Shown: piece by piece, positions 37,639 to 51,311 of the stretch
How positions within the stretch are numbered: the stretch's first letter is position 1
How the letters are laid out: each line of letters starts with the position of its first letter
Origin: Camelus dromedarius
Taxonomy: Eukaryota
Reading direction: 5' to 3'
Assembly (NCBI RefSeq): GCF_036321535.1
Contig: NC_087437.1
Span: 115,136,001 to 115,200,000, forward strand
Length of the DNA: 64,000 nucleotides
Program-made: the position numbers and the translations under genes
The notes under the pieces: generated by a model
The model's input: the letters and a program-made list of their open reading frames with translations, nothing else
Told to the model about the DNA's origin: nothing
Databases searched by the model: none

Positions 37639-40289
37639 TAGAAACTGGTACCTGAATGGAGGGGGGTGTAGGGCTAAGACCTTGTGCACACCACAAGAAA
37701 CGGACCTAAAAATGCAGGAGGATCTGGGTGGGGGCAGTTGGCAAGGACACAGGTCCCACAGGTTCACCTCTAATGTACAGTCATGCAGCCGCAAAGCATT
37801 AAGTCAAGGGCTGGCCTTTAGTAGCTTGGAAGGTAGACCATGTGTCTGTCTGTCAGAAGCTGTATCATTACAGGGAAAAGCTCTGAAAACTCAAAATGTC
37901 AGTGTTTGTCAGAAATAGGAACAACTCCACGTACAGTAAATTCTGTTACCTAGCATTCTACACACTGGTGTGCTGTATGAAGCTAGTCAATACATATAAA
38001 AGTACATAAAAGCAGTGTCTGGAAGACAAAAGCTTTCAATCCACATTAGCTATTATTATTGTTATTACAACAACAGACTGAGTGTCCATAAGAATAGTTC
38101 TTGTCGGATCAAATATAACGTTAGCCGGAGAAATGTGTTTGGTCTTCTTCCTAGAAAGTAATCATCTGTATGTTTCATTTATCTATCTCATGATCCCTTT
38201 GTGGACAATCTTGGGTGCTTTTGATACCAAGGTGACCTCTTCAAGCTACTTCTCTTAAAAAAGGCTACAGCCCCTCCAGGAACTTCGCACCGGGCTCACT
38301 GACTCAGTAGGCTGCAGTAACTCTCCCTCTCAGTGTGAGGAAGGAACCCACGTGTGCAGCGGAAGAGGACACACACCTACTATAAGTCATGGTGAGCAGT
38401 GACTGCTTATTCAGTATCTGCTCTGTGCCAAGCAGAGAGATTAATCGTTAATCATCAAAGCCATTTCACCCTCTGTGCTCTGCAGAGACCAGACAAGAAA
38501 AGAAGGTTCATAAATGCTCCTGAAAAAGCTGAAATGTTTTTCTCTTTTGTAAAAATAAAACCTTTTCACGTACAGAAGGTTCTGACGTCACTCCTGTCAA
38601 GCTCAGCTACAAGATACTTAAGACGGAATTTTTATTTTTCAAAAAAAAGATCAGTATCACTAACGAACTTACCAATATTCAAGGGTAATAAAACAGTGAC
38701 TTTACACAGCATTTTTTTCCATCCTAAAGCACAGGCTCACCAGAGTAGAAGGAAACTCAACCATTAGATTGCACAGGAGCCTCGGTCCACCTCCCTAGCA
38801 GGCCCTTTTGGTAACACACTGCCCACTGCCCAGACTCAGCAATCTTTCAGTGTTTCAAGATTGCCCCGACACAAAATATTCTTCACTGTTGTCTACAAAA
38901 ACGGTCTGGAAGTGCTAGTGGTTTTCTACTGGAATTTCACCTCCCAAAATCTTCTGTTAAATATTGTGTCTGATTTTTTTATTTGGAAAGTATGATTATA
39001 ATGGGTCATCCTTTCAGTATAATACAGTGGTCACTGGAGTAACAAAAGATTATCACAGAGTTTATACAAGCAAGTAGTAACTGCTCCATCTATAAACACA
39101 GGCTTTTTCCTTACCTACAGGGGAGTAAGGGATTGGCAGGAGAGGGTGGGAACACTGGGGGAAAAAAAGTACCAATGACAACACGAAAAAACTCAGTAAA
39201 GAGGAACCGTCCATCACCACAGCTCATACTCCCCTTCATACTCCATGCCCCACCCTTGCTAGTCCCCGTATACTAATGCTTTTTCTGCATCCTATTCATA
39301 TACAAAAACTGCCGTTTCCATAATTTTGAGTATGAGAGTAATGAAGTCCTAAAATTATCTCAACATTTTATATCAACACACTAGCAAATTCCAGAAATTA
39401 TTAAGAAGAAAGGCCAAAATATTTCCATACGTTCCATATGCTGCATTGTGTATCTGGCTAATTATGCAGTCCCATGGGCGAAAGTGCCCAGAAACTGTGA
39501 ATCCAGGGGGGGTTTCTGGAGGCTTACATTCCTTACATTTTAGTCCCATATTGAGTGAAGATGCTTTTCTTATTCACTCCCTCCATAATCCTACTTTTTA
39601 AACTATCTCAATATGAGTATTAACGAATACTGACTAATTTGGAGTTTAAAAATTCCATTCATCTGTTTTCCATTTTTTAACCTTTACTCAAAGTCCATGA
39701 AACAGAAGGAATAAAAGGGAAAACTTGCAATAACAGTAAATTTCAAACATCCAAATGGGATTACAGAGTGCTTTAAAAATGCATTGGATAGGAACATACC
39801 AAAACAGGTTTTCAAAGTACAAAGCTCCAATTTATTTCAATTTAACACAGCTCACATGTCGTTCAAATTTACTATCCTAATAGTCCTGCGAAACATCTTA
39901 AACTGGTTATAACATCTTAACACTGGTTATACCAACACAAACACAAAAGTAAAACGGTAACAGGAACAACAGTGCCACCTGTTAAACATGTTTTTTCATA
40001 ATGTTCTTTTTCCCAAGGACATTCTGAAAGGTCCAACTAAAGCAAGAGAGTCACAAGGCACAAAAATACCCCATTCTTTAAAACACAAATCTTTGGTGGA
40101 AGAACTTTATTTAACCTCTCTTCCTACATTTTAACTCTTCTAGGACAGGGCTAGTCCCACCTTGCTAATGGGATTATTAAGAGTTACTGTTCTGCATCTC
40201 TGTCCCTCTCACCCAGCACTGGTTAGAGAACGATCAACATAAACGGACTCCTCCAAGCAGGTACGGAAGCCAGTCTGGCCAGAACTCAC

Positions 40290-40561
40290 CCATCCAGAAG
40301 ACTCATCGTGGTAGGTGTCACTTCGGCAAACAGAACTGTTTTCCCAAGTTTCTTTGTCTGCAAATTTTGTCGGTAGATCTCGAAGTCAAAGTTTTCTGAT
40401 GAGAAGGCCTCCATGTCCGTCACCACAGGTATGGCAGATGGGGTGACTTCTATTTCAGATGTGTAGGATGAAACAAACTTAAGGGAGAGCTTGCTAGATT
40501 TTATTACTCCTTCAGGATCCACATGTTTCCCCAGCCACTGCATAAGAGGAACCCGGATTTC
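40290..40561 (-). CDS. HLCS: Internal coding exon of holocarboxylase synthetase (biotin-protein ligase), 272 bp, entering in phase 0 and leaving in phase 2
   Basis: Translates [91 protein letters not shown], closely matching recalled mammalian HLCS ([18 protein letters not shown]...[31 protein letters not shown]). Minus-strand acceptor is ttctttctttatgacacag|GAA (AG at 40563-40562). Donor is GATGG|gtgagt (GT at 40289-40288). Confidence 0.97.
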
Positions 40562-40621
40562 CTGTGTCATAAAGAAAGAAGTGGAAAGGTCATAATTTGG
40601 CATTACGTTAGATGATGGTAG
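40562..40621 (-). promoter_or_regulatory. 3' splice site: candidate branch points, polypyrimidine tract and CAG
   Basis: Minus strand reads catCTAACgtaatgccaaattaTGACctttccacttctttctttatgacacag. Candidate branch adenosines are at about -47 (40608) and -29 (40590). No other AG occurs until 40622-40623. Confidence 0.75.
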
Positions 40622-42898
40622 CTTCTCCTTAAACATGCCATTTTGGTAATATAAGTACTTCCTAATTCATGCCCAATAAAAGCCAGGTTAACATATTCTG
40701 AACACTCAAGGTATTACGCAACAGACAGTAAGTACACTAAGTACACTTATATTACAAAAACAAACTTCAGAAACAAGATCCAAGGAAAGAAGTGCATTTC
40801 TATTCTATACTATATCCCAAATTCTTAAAAGTCCTCTCCACACCTACAGCCCACTAGTGATTCTCTAGCCTTCTGTGCATTTTACAGAAAACACACACAT
40901 TTATACTTCCACCCCTCAAGGAAATTCACTATCTCACCTGGGGAAACGAAAAGCTAGGTGAAAAGTCACAGAAGACAAAGCACCAAGATATTAGAGCATC
41001 TGCTCTCAGCCTCTGTACAACATCCACCTCCCCTCAAAGACAAGTTGACCACCACCAGCCACTGATGGGTCACCAGCAGGTGAGAAATGAACTTTCACAC
41101 AGGGAAAGCAATGGGGTACCTAAAGATGCTTTCTCTTTGCCCCAAATGGAGGCTCAGGGAGGGGAAGGCAGAACTACAGGAGATATTACCTCACCCGGTA
41201 CAGGCCTAACCCAGTATAGCCTCCCAAGAGGCTGCAACTTCCTCTTGGACCCTGGAGCACCGGGGCATCCCCCAGGGGTGGGGCATCAGGGGCTGGGGGG
41301 GTGGGGGGACGCATCATCCCGAGAGACCAATGCAAAACATATTAAAATCTGTCAGTTCCAATAAATGCTGAATTGGGTTCCTGGGCCATCTTCATGCAAA
41401 TGCCAGGCACTTCCAAAGAGATGAGTCCTTCTGTTAACATCAGGGGTCTGTCCCAAAGCTCTATGTGCTTATGAGAAGCAGCTTCAAAGATGAAATTTCA
41501 CTTAAATTCAATTAATGAACTTTTAAAACTCACTTCCACCTTGCAGAAAATACAGAGGATAGAAGAACAAGTTAAATGGCTTCAGAAGGAAGTGATCAGA
41601 AGAAATCCAGAGGGTGAGACAGGCTACAGCACAGCAATCTTCGTGTGTGTAAGGTGGGGGAGTATCCTGGGAATACAATTCTGCAGGCAGCAAGAAAGCA
41701 GGAAGAGGACAACACGGCAGTAAGAAGAGGACTGAGAAGTAGCCGCTGGACTCAGTGCAGCAGAGCCCGTCTGGTGGAGGCAAAGCCTAATGGAAAGGTG
41801 GAGGGAGAGTAACCACAGGACCTGAGGACAAAACTCTGGCCAGGAGTTTCCTCTAATGGGAAAACAAAGAATAGGGCAGTGGCTACAGGGAGGAACAAGG
41901 TCAACACAGGTTCTGTTTGGTTGTTAAACGAGAGAAGTAACAGCATGATTTTTTTGTGATGATGTGAATGTCCCTATGGAGAAAAGGAAACACGCAAACA
42001 AGTAAGGGGTAGATGCTAATACTAGCTCAGGCAGAGAGGTCAGCCTTAAAAGCAGAGCTGCTCACCCCGTAGGATGGGTAGGACTCCCACCCACCCTGGT
42101 AACACCAGCCCTGCTTGCCCACTCGATCGTGGCCCTCCCTCACTCCTTGCTGGCCACACAGACATGCAGGACAGCCCTGGGAACTGAACTACACCACTGC
42201 CGCCCTTTCCAAGACCACCCGGAGGTGGGAGTCCCAGTGCTGGCGACATCTTCTGATTTCCTCTATTTTCTCGGTAAATAAAGAGCATAAGCTAAGAGTG
42301 AAAAAGAGGAAGGAGGTGCTGGCGGTTTGGGAAGGGAGGGTGAGAAAATGAAGGAAGCAGGGTAAATCATACGAGCAACACGGAGCATTCAGGGGTCACC
42401 TAGGGTTAGTGATTCTGAATTCAAAGGTGCGACTCCATGTTTTTACGCAGTCACGCTCAGCTGCACACTATGTGGGGCAGGCACAGAGGAAGCTGAGGGT
42501 GTGTGTGAAGCGGCAACGTGACTGACTGACTACACATGATGCACCAATGGAAACATAAAGAGAAATAACCGAGGATCCTGGCCTAGAAGCTCATGACCCA
42601 CTGGGGAGGACAGAGAGGAATGCCCCAGGACAAAACAGGACAGGCCAGTGCAGGGAGTGGGACACAGTGCCACAGGAGGGGTGCAAAACAGAGGGCGATC
42701 CTGCATGAACAAGCACCAGAAAAGTCATTGGAGGTCAAGCTGAAGTGAGCCACCAGGAGAAACAGCACTAACGTCCCATCTTTGCACAAAGAACCAAGAT
42801 AAAATTTAAGTGGGATATTCCCTGTTCATTGTTAATCTTTTAATATACACTCTACTGAAGGAAGAAGACAAAATGAATAAATTACAAAGGTAACTCCC

Positions 42899-43265
42899 TA
42901 TTACAGATGGAATATTTGTCCCCCCACCCCAGATTCATATGTTGAAATCCTGAAGCCCAAGGTGGTATCTGGAGATGGGGCCCTTGGGGGTGATTAGGTA
43001 GATCATGAGGGTGGAGCCCTCATGAATGGGATTAGTACCTTTATAAAAGCAATCCCAGAGAGCTCCCTCACCCTCTCCGCCAAGTGAGGACACAGCCCAG
43101 AGATGTGTGTCTGCAACCCAGGAGAGGACCCTCACCAGAACAACCTTGCTGGCACTCTGATCTCAGACTTCCAGCCTCCACAAGTGTGAGAAATAAATGT
43201 TCGTTGTTTATAATATAACTACCCAGTCTTTGCTATTGTTTTAGTAGCCTGTATTGACTAAGATA
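42899..43265 (+). mobile_element. MaLR LTR (MLT1A-like)
   Basis: attcatatgttgaaatcct...gagggtggagccctcatgaatgggattagt...tctcagacttccagcctcca...gtgagaaataaatgttcgttgttta...gactaagata. Confidence 0.88.
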
Positions 43266-44339
43266 CCCCCAAACCTCAAATCTGGCCATTAGTTAGAACC
43301 AACTCTGCTCTTTAAACTTTAGTCAGTGCCCTTAAGGCATAAAGTGAACAGATCTGACTTTCCTTCATCACATTCCCCAGAACAGTTGGATGTCACAAGG
43401 GCCGCACACAGGCTAAAGATACATCAGTGAATAGGTTAAATCACAAAAATAGAGCAGTAAAACAATCCGGATAACAAACATTTTTTAACTAACTTCAGTT
43501 CTCATTAACTCAAGCAGAGAGTGGAACAGTTATTCAGTGGCTGTAGGCAACATGAACCCCCCATTCAAAGTCAATGAAAATCAAGATGAAACAATAAAGG
43601 AGCAGCTAGCACCAAGTGGAACTTCCACAAAGGGAATAAAGCAGGGAGTCTCCTCTGGGGTGAATTATCCAACTAGCCATCTACACATCATTCATCTACT
43701 AAACTTTGCTTTTGAAAGCAATACTTAGAGATGCATAAATATGCAAAATAAATTAAAACTGATCTAAGCAAGGTTACACAAGCTTTGCTTTTTTTTTTTT
43801 CTTTATATCTCTTTCATATAATCTTCTGGGACTTAATCAGAACCAAGAAAGTTACTCAGAAAAGAGACTCTGAAAAGATATAAAATGAGACCTGGAAACT
43901 CTTAAGAAATATAACCATATACCACCTCTAATTCTCCTAAATATTTATATTCACTATAACCAAATGCAACTTTAAGCCATCAAGTAAAACTGAATACACA
44001 TGGTGGGGGTGGGGGGGAGTCCTCCAACCCCATTATTCCTGGACAGGAGAATAAAATTCTGGTCACAAGAAATGTCAAAATAACTACATGTTTGATGCAT
44101 ATCTGCCTGGTATGTCTTCTCAGATGCACTCAAGTTACAGCAATGACTTAAGAGCTGCAGAAGTAGCTGCTAACATACATAAGAAAAAGGAATTAATTCA
44201 TGATTCTTAGCTTAATTCTACTAATGACCACTAAGACATTATAGAAATGCTATTGAAGAAAAAAGTTTGGATCATATTATCAAGACAAATGGGCTGACAT
44301 AAGTAATATTACCAACCTTGTGTCCCCAAAACTACCTAA

Positions 44340-44640
44340 CTCTTTAAACAACTACCAGAGCTTGCAAAAATTCCACTTCTTTAGGGAAGACTTCTCTGAT
44401 CCACAGCCTGTCCCAGTCTAGGTTAGTGACTTAGTGACTTTATAGCACATTTCAAATTGTAATTCTATAATTTGTATAAACATTTATTCAATGTCCCATT
44501 GTCTTGCTAGAATGGAAGCTCCATAAAGACAGCAAATGCATGTTTCTGGCTTGCTCCTAACTGTATCCATGGCAACTGGTACCAAGTGTGGCAAACAGTG
44601 TGTGCTTAGTAAGCATTCACTATACAAATGCATATTAAAT
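44340..44640 (+). mobile_element. L2 3' fragment
   Basis: ctagaatggaagctccataaagacagc...gtggcaaacagtgtgtgcttagtaagcatt. Confidence 0.6.
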
Positions 44641-45039
44641 TCCTTACCAAAAAATTCCACAAGTAACAGATATTAAAGGTATATCAAGAGATAAAACTCC
44701 CAAAAAGGCAATAAGAGATGGCCTTAATATGGATACACAAGCATCAAAAAGAAATTTGAAATCTTTAAAGCTGAATCAGTCCTGTTGAAGACAAAATAGC
44801 TGCTATCAAATTCCACCCCAATGAAATTCATAAAAACCTTCTAATTAATGTTATTTTTTTAACATTTGAACTTCAAGAATTTAGTATTTACCTTTCTCTA
44901 AGGTTTCAGGCTCATTAAATACAATTTAGGTGGAACCAAAAACAACATTTTACAGTCACATAAATGCTGGCCCCTTTGAATTAGCCACAGCACTAGGGAA
45001 ACACTAGCTATTCTTAAGGAAGGTGAATGTGCCTTTGTT

Positions 45040-46995
45040 TCTTATTAGGACATATTGCACACAACATGAAGACCCCAAGGAATCCACCAAAAATGTACTA
45101 GAACTGGAGAGTTTTTAGCAAGGTTGTAAAATGCAAGGTCAATATAAAAAAACTGGGTGTATTTCTATGAATATCTGGAGTCTGATTTTTTTAAACACCA
45201 TCTTTAATGGCATCAAGAGATCTGAAATATTTAGGGATGTGTTAAACAAAATATGTTCCAGACCTGTACACTGAAAACTATAAAACATTACTGAATTAAA
45301 AATTAAAGAAGCCCTAAATAATTGAAGAGCTATACCATGTTCATGGATTGGAAGACTCAATACTGTTAGGATGTCGATTCTTCTCCAAATTGATCTATGG
45401 ATTCAATGCAATCCCAATCAAAATCCTAGCAAGCTTTCTTTTGTAGAAATTGATATGCTAGTTCTAAAACTTGTACAGAACTAAAAAGACCGAAACAATT
45501 TTGGAAAGAAAAAAATTTGGAAGACTTAAAATTAGCTAACTTCAAGACTTACTATAAAGTGCAGTAATCAAGAGAGTATGGTACTGGCATACAGACAGAT
45601 ATATACTACTGAAAACAGAGTCCAGAAATAGGACCACACATATATGTTCAATTGATTTTCAACAAAAGCACCAAGGTAATTCACCTGAAAAAGGATCATC
45701 TTTTCAATACATGGTGCTGAAACAACTGGACATTCATATACCAAAAAAAACCTTGACCCTTACGGTACATATGTATAAAAATTAGCTTGAAATGAATCAC
45801 AGACCTAAATATAACTATAAAACTTATAAAGTAAAATGTAGGAGAAAAACTTTCTGTTCCTGGGATGGGTAAAATTTTTCTTAGATAGAACAAAAGAATC
45901 ATGAACCATAAAAGAGTGATAAACTGAACTTTATAAAAATTAAGAACTCTAAGAACTGCTGCTCTTCAAGAGTTAATGCTAAGAAAAATGAAAAGACAAC
46001 AAACTGAAAGAAACTATTCCAAATACACACACCTGACAAAGGACTTGTATCCAGAATGCAAACAAAACAAAACAAAACAAAAAAACCTCTGAAAACAATT
46101 ATAAGAAAACAAACAATTCAACTTAGAACATCAGTGAAATGACCTGAACAGACACTACTCAAAAGAAAACATCAGATGGCCAATAAGCACATGAAAAAAT
46201 GCTCAGCATCACTTGTCACCAGGAAACACAAATTAAAACCACAATGAGATACTGCTATACACCAATTAGAATGGTTAAAATGTTAAATTCTGATAATATC
46301 TAATGTTGGCAAAGATGCGTAGTAACTGGAACTCTCATACATTACTGGCAGGAACATAAAACAGTACAATAATTTAGGAAAACAGTTTGGCAGTCTCTCA
46401 TCAAATTAAACATACCCTTGCCATATGACCCAGAAATTCTATTCCTAGTTATTTACCCAAGAGAAATGAAAACACTGGTCCACACAAAGACTTGTACATG
46501 AATGGTCATAGAAACTTTACTCATAATACCCGTCAAAATGCAAACAATCCAACGTCCCACTAACAGGAGAATAGATAATTTATGACATATCCATACAATG
46601 AAACACTACTCAGCAATAAAAAAGGAATGAACTAACTACTCATATGGCAACAAGGTAGATCTCAAAAACATAATGTTAATTAAAATAAAATTTTAAAAAA
46701 GACAAAACACAGAAGAGTATGTACTGTATGATTCAATTTAGATGAAGTTCCATGAAAGACCAATCTAATCTATATGATGAATAGAAAGCAGATCAGTGAT
46801 TGCCCAACGATGAGCATAAGGGTGTGAGAATGGATGAGGACTAAATGAGAAACAGGAACGGGAATTTTGTGGGATACTGGAAATGTTCTCTATCTGGATT
46901 GTAATGGTGGTTACTCCAGCGTATATGTTTATCAAATTCTACACAGAAATAAGTGCATTTTCTTGATTATAACTTATACCCAAAGTTGATTTTTT
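45040..46995 (+). mobile_element. L1M ORF2 3' part and 3'UTR, decayed
   Basis: ataccatgttcatggattggaagactcaa...ttcaagacttactataaag...ggccaataagcacatgaaaaaatgctca...ccatacaatgaaacactactcagcaataaaaaagg, with many stops and frameshifts. Confidence 0.92.
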
Positions 46996-48589
46996 AATGC
47001 AAATAGCAACAATCTCCCTCAACGCTAAACAAAATTAAAGTCCACAAGACTCTATAGTCACAAATGTCCAAAAGAACACCAATGTCCCTACTTCTGAAGA
47101 AATGAATGCTTAAATTCACATTTAGTGTAAATACACAAGTGGCTACTCCACAGTTAGTGAACATATTGTAACGGCTGCTATAGAGAATGCAACTAAGGCC
47201 AGAGATGTACAGTATGCTATGCCGAGTCACATTAGAGCCTTTCCATCCCATCAACTTGTCTTATCTGCTAAATGTACCCATCTAACAAGACTCAGTGGGT
47301 GGAACATAGCCCTAACTCTGATTCAGCACTGGATTCAAAATATTTATTACCATCTCTGTTTGTGTTTTGGTGCTCCTTTTCCCAAGAAACACCAAATAAC
47401 TGATCTTAACTTTTAAAGGTTTTCTTTCTCAGAGACACATTCACCTCATTGTAAATAATCAGATTAGTTGTGCTTCAGTCATAACACTGTAAGTTGCTAG
47501 GCAACCACAAGCGGGTAAATCAGAAAATGAATCTACAAAGACACAGAATACAAGCCATCTTCATTCTCAATAAATACTCTCAAGGAAACAGGAGTAGAAG
47601 AATTTATATGAAAATTTATACCAAAAAAAAAAAATAATAACCCAATTCTTACTACTGGTATTTACAGCAAAATATTCACAGCCAATTTCACTTTCATTCA
47701 GTGTCTTCACCCAAGTGAGGAAGGCACACAACATAGCAGATCTGTACAATCAAAAGATGATGCTCTTAAAGAGCGGGACTGTTTTTGGTCCTGACCTCAT
47801 CTAAGGTAAGGATTGCTCATGTGGCAACACTCAGTGTGAATTTGATTCTAAGCACCAAAACCAAGCAGAGGAAAGCGTCAGGCAGGGTCTGAGATGTGTG
47901 TATTCCTCTTCACCTGACTGGTCCCCCATGCAGCTGCTTCTGTCTACTTCCACTGGCCCCACTGCAGTCTGATTAACCTTTCCTTGCCTAACTTGTCCCA
48001 GTTCTTCCTTGGATGGTACTGCATCCCAGCTTGAAATCCCAAGGCCCCTGCCTTCTTGCTTCTCCAAGTATGCTCAGCCATAGGACCCAAGCACTCTCAT
48101 ACCAGACTGAATTGGAGGGAGGGGGTAGCTTCTTGCTTCAGTGACACACCGCTGAAACCAGTCCATCCCCATAAACATCCAGGTCACCTGTCACCAAGAC
48201 ACCCAAGAACCAAAATGAACACAGGGACATGTTTTACTTGCTCCACCCATTTAGAACTAGCTGCTAAACACTTCAAAATCAGGAAATCTCACATCAAATT
48301 TCCTGCTTCTTTTGAAGAAACAGAAACTCTTTCCCATGTGGCAATGACCGGCTGAGCCAAGTAGCACTATCCTCATAGTATGGAGACACTCTCTCCAGCT
48401 GAACTCTGGTGTGCCACCTCCTCTGCTCCTAGGCATCTGGGATTGAGACCACCTATCTTGGCCCTGGTATCAAGCCTGGCACCAAGACAGCAGGATCCTC
48501 TGTGGGGTCCTTGATGATGCTTCTTTCTGATTAGGTCCATGTGAATTCATCAGTGAGTCTAGTGACACTGACTCTCAAAAAAGAAGGGG

Positions 48590-49300
48590 TCTAATTTGGC
48601 AGTTCCTCAAAAAGCCAAACAGAGAATTCCCAGGTATTTACCCAAAAGAACTGAAAGGAGGAACTCAAACTGATCCTGTTGAGAGCAACACTGTTCACAA
48701 TAGCCAAAGACTGGAAATAACCTGTGTCAGTCAACAGATAAATCAACAGATGAATGGGTAAACAAATGTGGTACACATACACAAATGGAATATTATTCAA
48801 CCATAACAAGAAATAAAGTTCTGATAGATGCTACAATATAAATGAATCTTGAAAACATTATGCTATGAGGAAGCCAGACACAAAAGGACAAACACTGTAT
48901 GATTCCACTTACATGAAATGTCTAGAGTTAAATAAATTCACAGAAACAGAAAGTAGAATAGAGGTTAACAGAAGCTGAGGAGAGAGAAAACGAGAAGTTA
49001 ATGACTAATGGGTACAAAGTTTCTGCTTGGAGTGATGAAAAATTTTGGAAATAAATAGTGGAGCAGGGAGGGTATAGCTCAGTGGTAGAGTGCAGTGCTT
49101 AGCATGCACGAGGTCCTGGGTTCAATCCCGCATACCGCCATTAAAGAATAAGAAGAATAAATAAATGAACATAATTACCCCTCCCCCGAAAAAATAGATA
49201 GTGGGGATGGTTGCACAACACTGTGAATGCCACTGAACTGTACACTTAAAAATGGTTAAAATAATAACCTTATGTTAAATTTAACCACAGCTTTTTAAAA
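48590..49300 (+). mobile_element. L1MB-like 3' end interrupted by a SINE
   Basis: gatgaatgggtaaacaaatgtggt...gaagccagacacaaaaggacaaac...gccactgaactgtacacttaaaaatggttaaa. Confidence 0.88.
49062..49192 (+). mobile_element. tRNA-Ala-derived SINE
   Basis: gggagggtatagctcagtggtagagtgcagtgcttagcatgcacgaggtcctgggttcaatccc. Near-perfect TSD aaataaatagtgg / aaatagatagtgg. Confidence 0.92.
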
Positions 49301-49649
49301 AGAGAAGGGGTCAAGATCCCAAGCCTTTTATTCCTTCGCTTCCTGTCCTCTCTGGAATCCATCCACTGTCCCCCATCAATTAGCCCTGCATCCAGAAGAA
49401 GTGGAGGGGCTGCCTGCATAGCCAACCAGGAGGCTTGGCTATGCTTTCCTCAGGGTTCCTCCTTGCCTTACCTACAATGCACCAAGAGAGGCCACTAAAG
49501 TAACTTCTCACAAGTCTTTTCCCAAGGGACTTGCTACCTAAATGGGCAAGTGACTGGCAATGTCTCTAGCTAAATGATTTTAAGTTCTATTCCCTCATGC
49601 ACTAGGCTACATCCATGGTACGAAAGCTACCGTTTATTGCACACCCACC

Positions 49650-49860
49650 CTATAAGGAGCACCGGTGCTTTAGGCCAGGACTCCAACCCTCACCCAGCAA
49701 TACCACAGCACTATTATCACCATCCACAGAAGAAGAAATGGAACCTCAGACAGCATTAATGATGCCCAACCTACAAAGACAGTAAGTCACAGAGCACTAA
49801 ACCAAATCTGCCTGGCTCCCAAATCCTTGCTCTAATTCCTATCCCACAGTCCTCAGAAGA
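49650..49860 (-). mobile_element. MIR SINE, decayed
   Basis: ctattatcaccatccacagaagaagaaatggaacctcaga...gcccaa...cagtaagtcacagagc...aaatctgcctggctcccaaa. Confidence 0.6.
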
Positions 49861-50149
49861 GAACCTAACCCAAAATGAAGCAACATAGGAAATGCTTATT
49901 GACTATAATCAAAACACCTAAATATCACAAAGATATAAACTCTATATAATACAAGTATGAAATAGTGGTAAAATAGATATATGTAGCTTGGAGCGGAGGT
50001 GGGGTGGGGTGGGTAGTGGGCAAGGATTAGAACGTTTGGTAAGAGAAACTTAAATTTGAAGCTTGGGACTACCATTAACTGTGTCTACTTATGGCAAGCC
50101 CAGGTGAGGACATTTTCACACAAAAACAAATTTTTATCATTTGAGTCAC

Positions 50150-50470
50150 TGTTCACTTCCCTCTGGTTTCAGCCAGAAAGAGATAGAATATTCAAGAGTC
50201 CAATGGAAGGACTACTTACAGAACTGTGGACAGAGTTGAGAGAATTAAAGAGCAGGGATGGGGAAGCACCTGGACCAGCAAAAGGCCTGGAGGAGCAAAT
50301 GGTCAGAACCATCCACAGGGGCTGTAAGCAGAGAGGGCAGAGAGGAAACCCGTCCTGCCAGCGCAGCGCTAGGGCCGAGAGCAACCAGAGCCTGGGAAGG
50401 GGCATAGAACAAGGCGACAGGATAAACGGGTGAGTGGTCAACACAACTGCTGAGAAGAGGACCCAAGGAT
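50150..50470. mobile_element. Possible ancient ERVL-type LTR remnant (LTR33-like)
   Basis: gaaggactacttacagaactgtggacagagttgagagaatt...agggatggggaagcacc resembles recalled LTR33-group text. Weak match. Confidence 0.35.
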
Positions 50471-51311
50471 GGGGGGGGGGGGCAAAGGTCTCACTCTAAA
50501 GTGCCTGCATCTCACATCTCAGCCTTGGCGCACAACCTGCGTCCAGCAACAGGGTGAAATTCTACACACCCTGACCTTTCACAGTGACCAGGTCAAACCT
50601 GGAACGTCCACAACTCCAAAGGATTTACGACCAAGGGCATCGGATAACTAAATCCCAGGAACGGGAGTTCCTCACGAGCTTAACTTGTCGCAGTCATTTC
50701 GGGTCCCCTGTGCTTGGGACACAGTAGGCACTCAATAAATGCCTGTTAAACTGTGTTCCTTTTATTATTTAGAGGTTTCGCTCAGACTCAGCCTCTGAAA
50801 GGCCACGGATTTACTGCACTTTTTGTTACCTGCCAACTAGCGAAGACCACAAAAGGCTGGGGTGGACCCGTAAAACGGGTAATGAATAAGTCATTTCTAA
50901 CAAGGCTGGTTTTATAGGCATCACACCTCCGCTGGGCCAAATAGGCTCATTTTAGAGGTGAAATCTATTCTGCAAGTGCAGAGACCAAAAGAGAGCCACG
51001 GGCGGCACTAAAAGAAAGGGAGGCGTTCCGGGTCGGAGCTCAACCGCTGCTCCGACTGGAGAGGCACTAACTTCCACTGACGGGGCCTGTGGGTTTGCAT
51101 TCAACATCCGTAGAAGTCTCCAGGGCCTTCATTAAGCCTGCCCGTGTAAAACGCCCACCATTTGTCCAAGGCCAACACAAACAGGCTCCTAATGGAGCAA
51201 GGAGCGTGGAGCTCGGAAGCCAAGAAAGCTCTGCGCGGCAAGCCCTGGGTGCGAGTGAACGCCTGGGAGGCAGCACCGCCAGCCTCGCCCTGAGGTGGCA
51301 CGCCCGGGCCG

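Larger units (their letters stand above)
1..40289 (-). other. HLCS: HLCS intron downstream of the exon (continues beyond the window)
   Basis: Begins at the GTGAGT donor. The next expected exon (LMFQ...GLIVIAARQTEGKG-like) was not seen in the ORF track or by eye. Confidence 0.8.

Noticed and set aside
40562..40636. N-terminal extension [25 protein letters not shown] and the TGA stop of ORF 40286-40636
   Set aside because: The extension is intronic (branch/pyrimidine tract) with no HLCS similarity, and the stop lies inside the GTGAGT donor. This is an internal exon, not a standalone gene.
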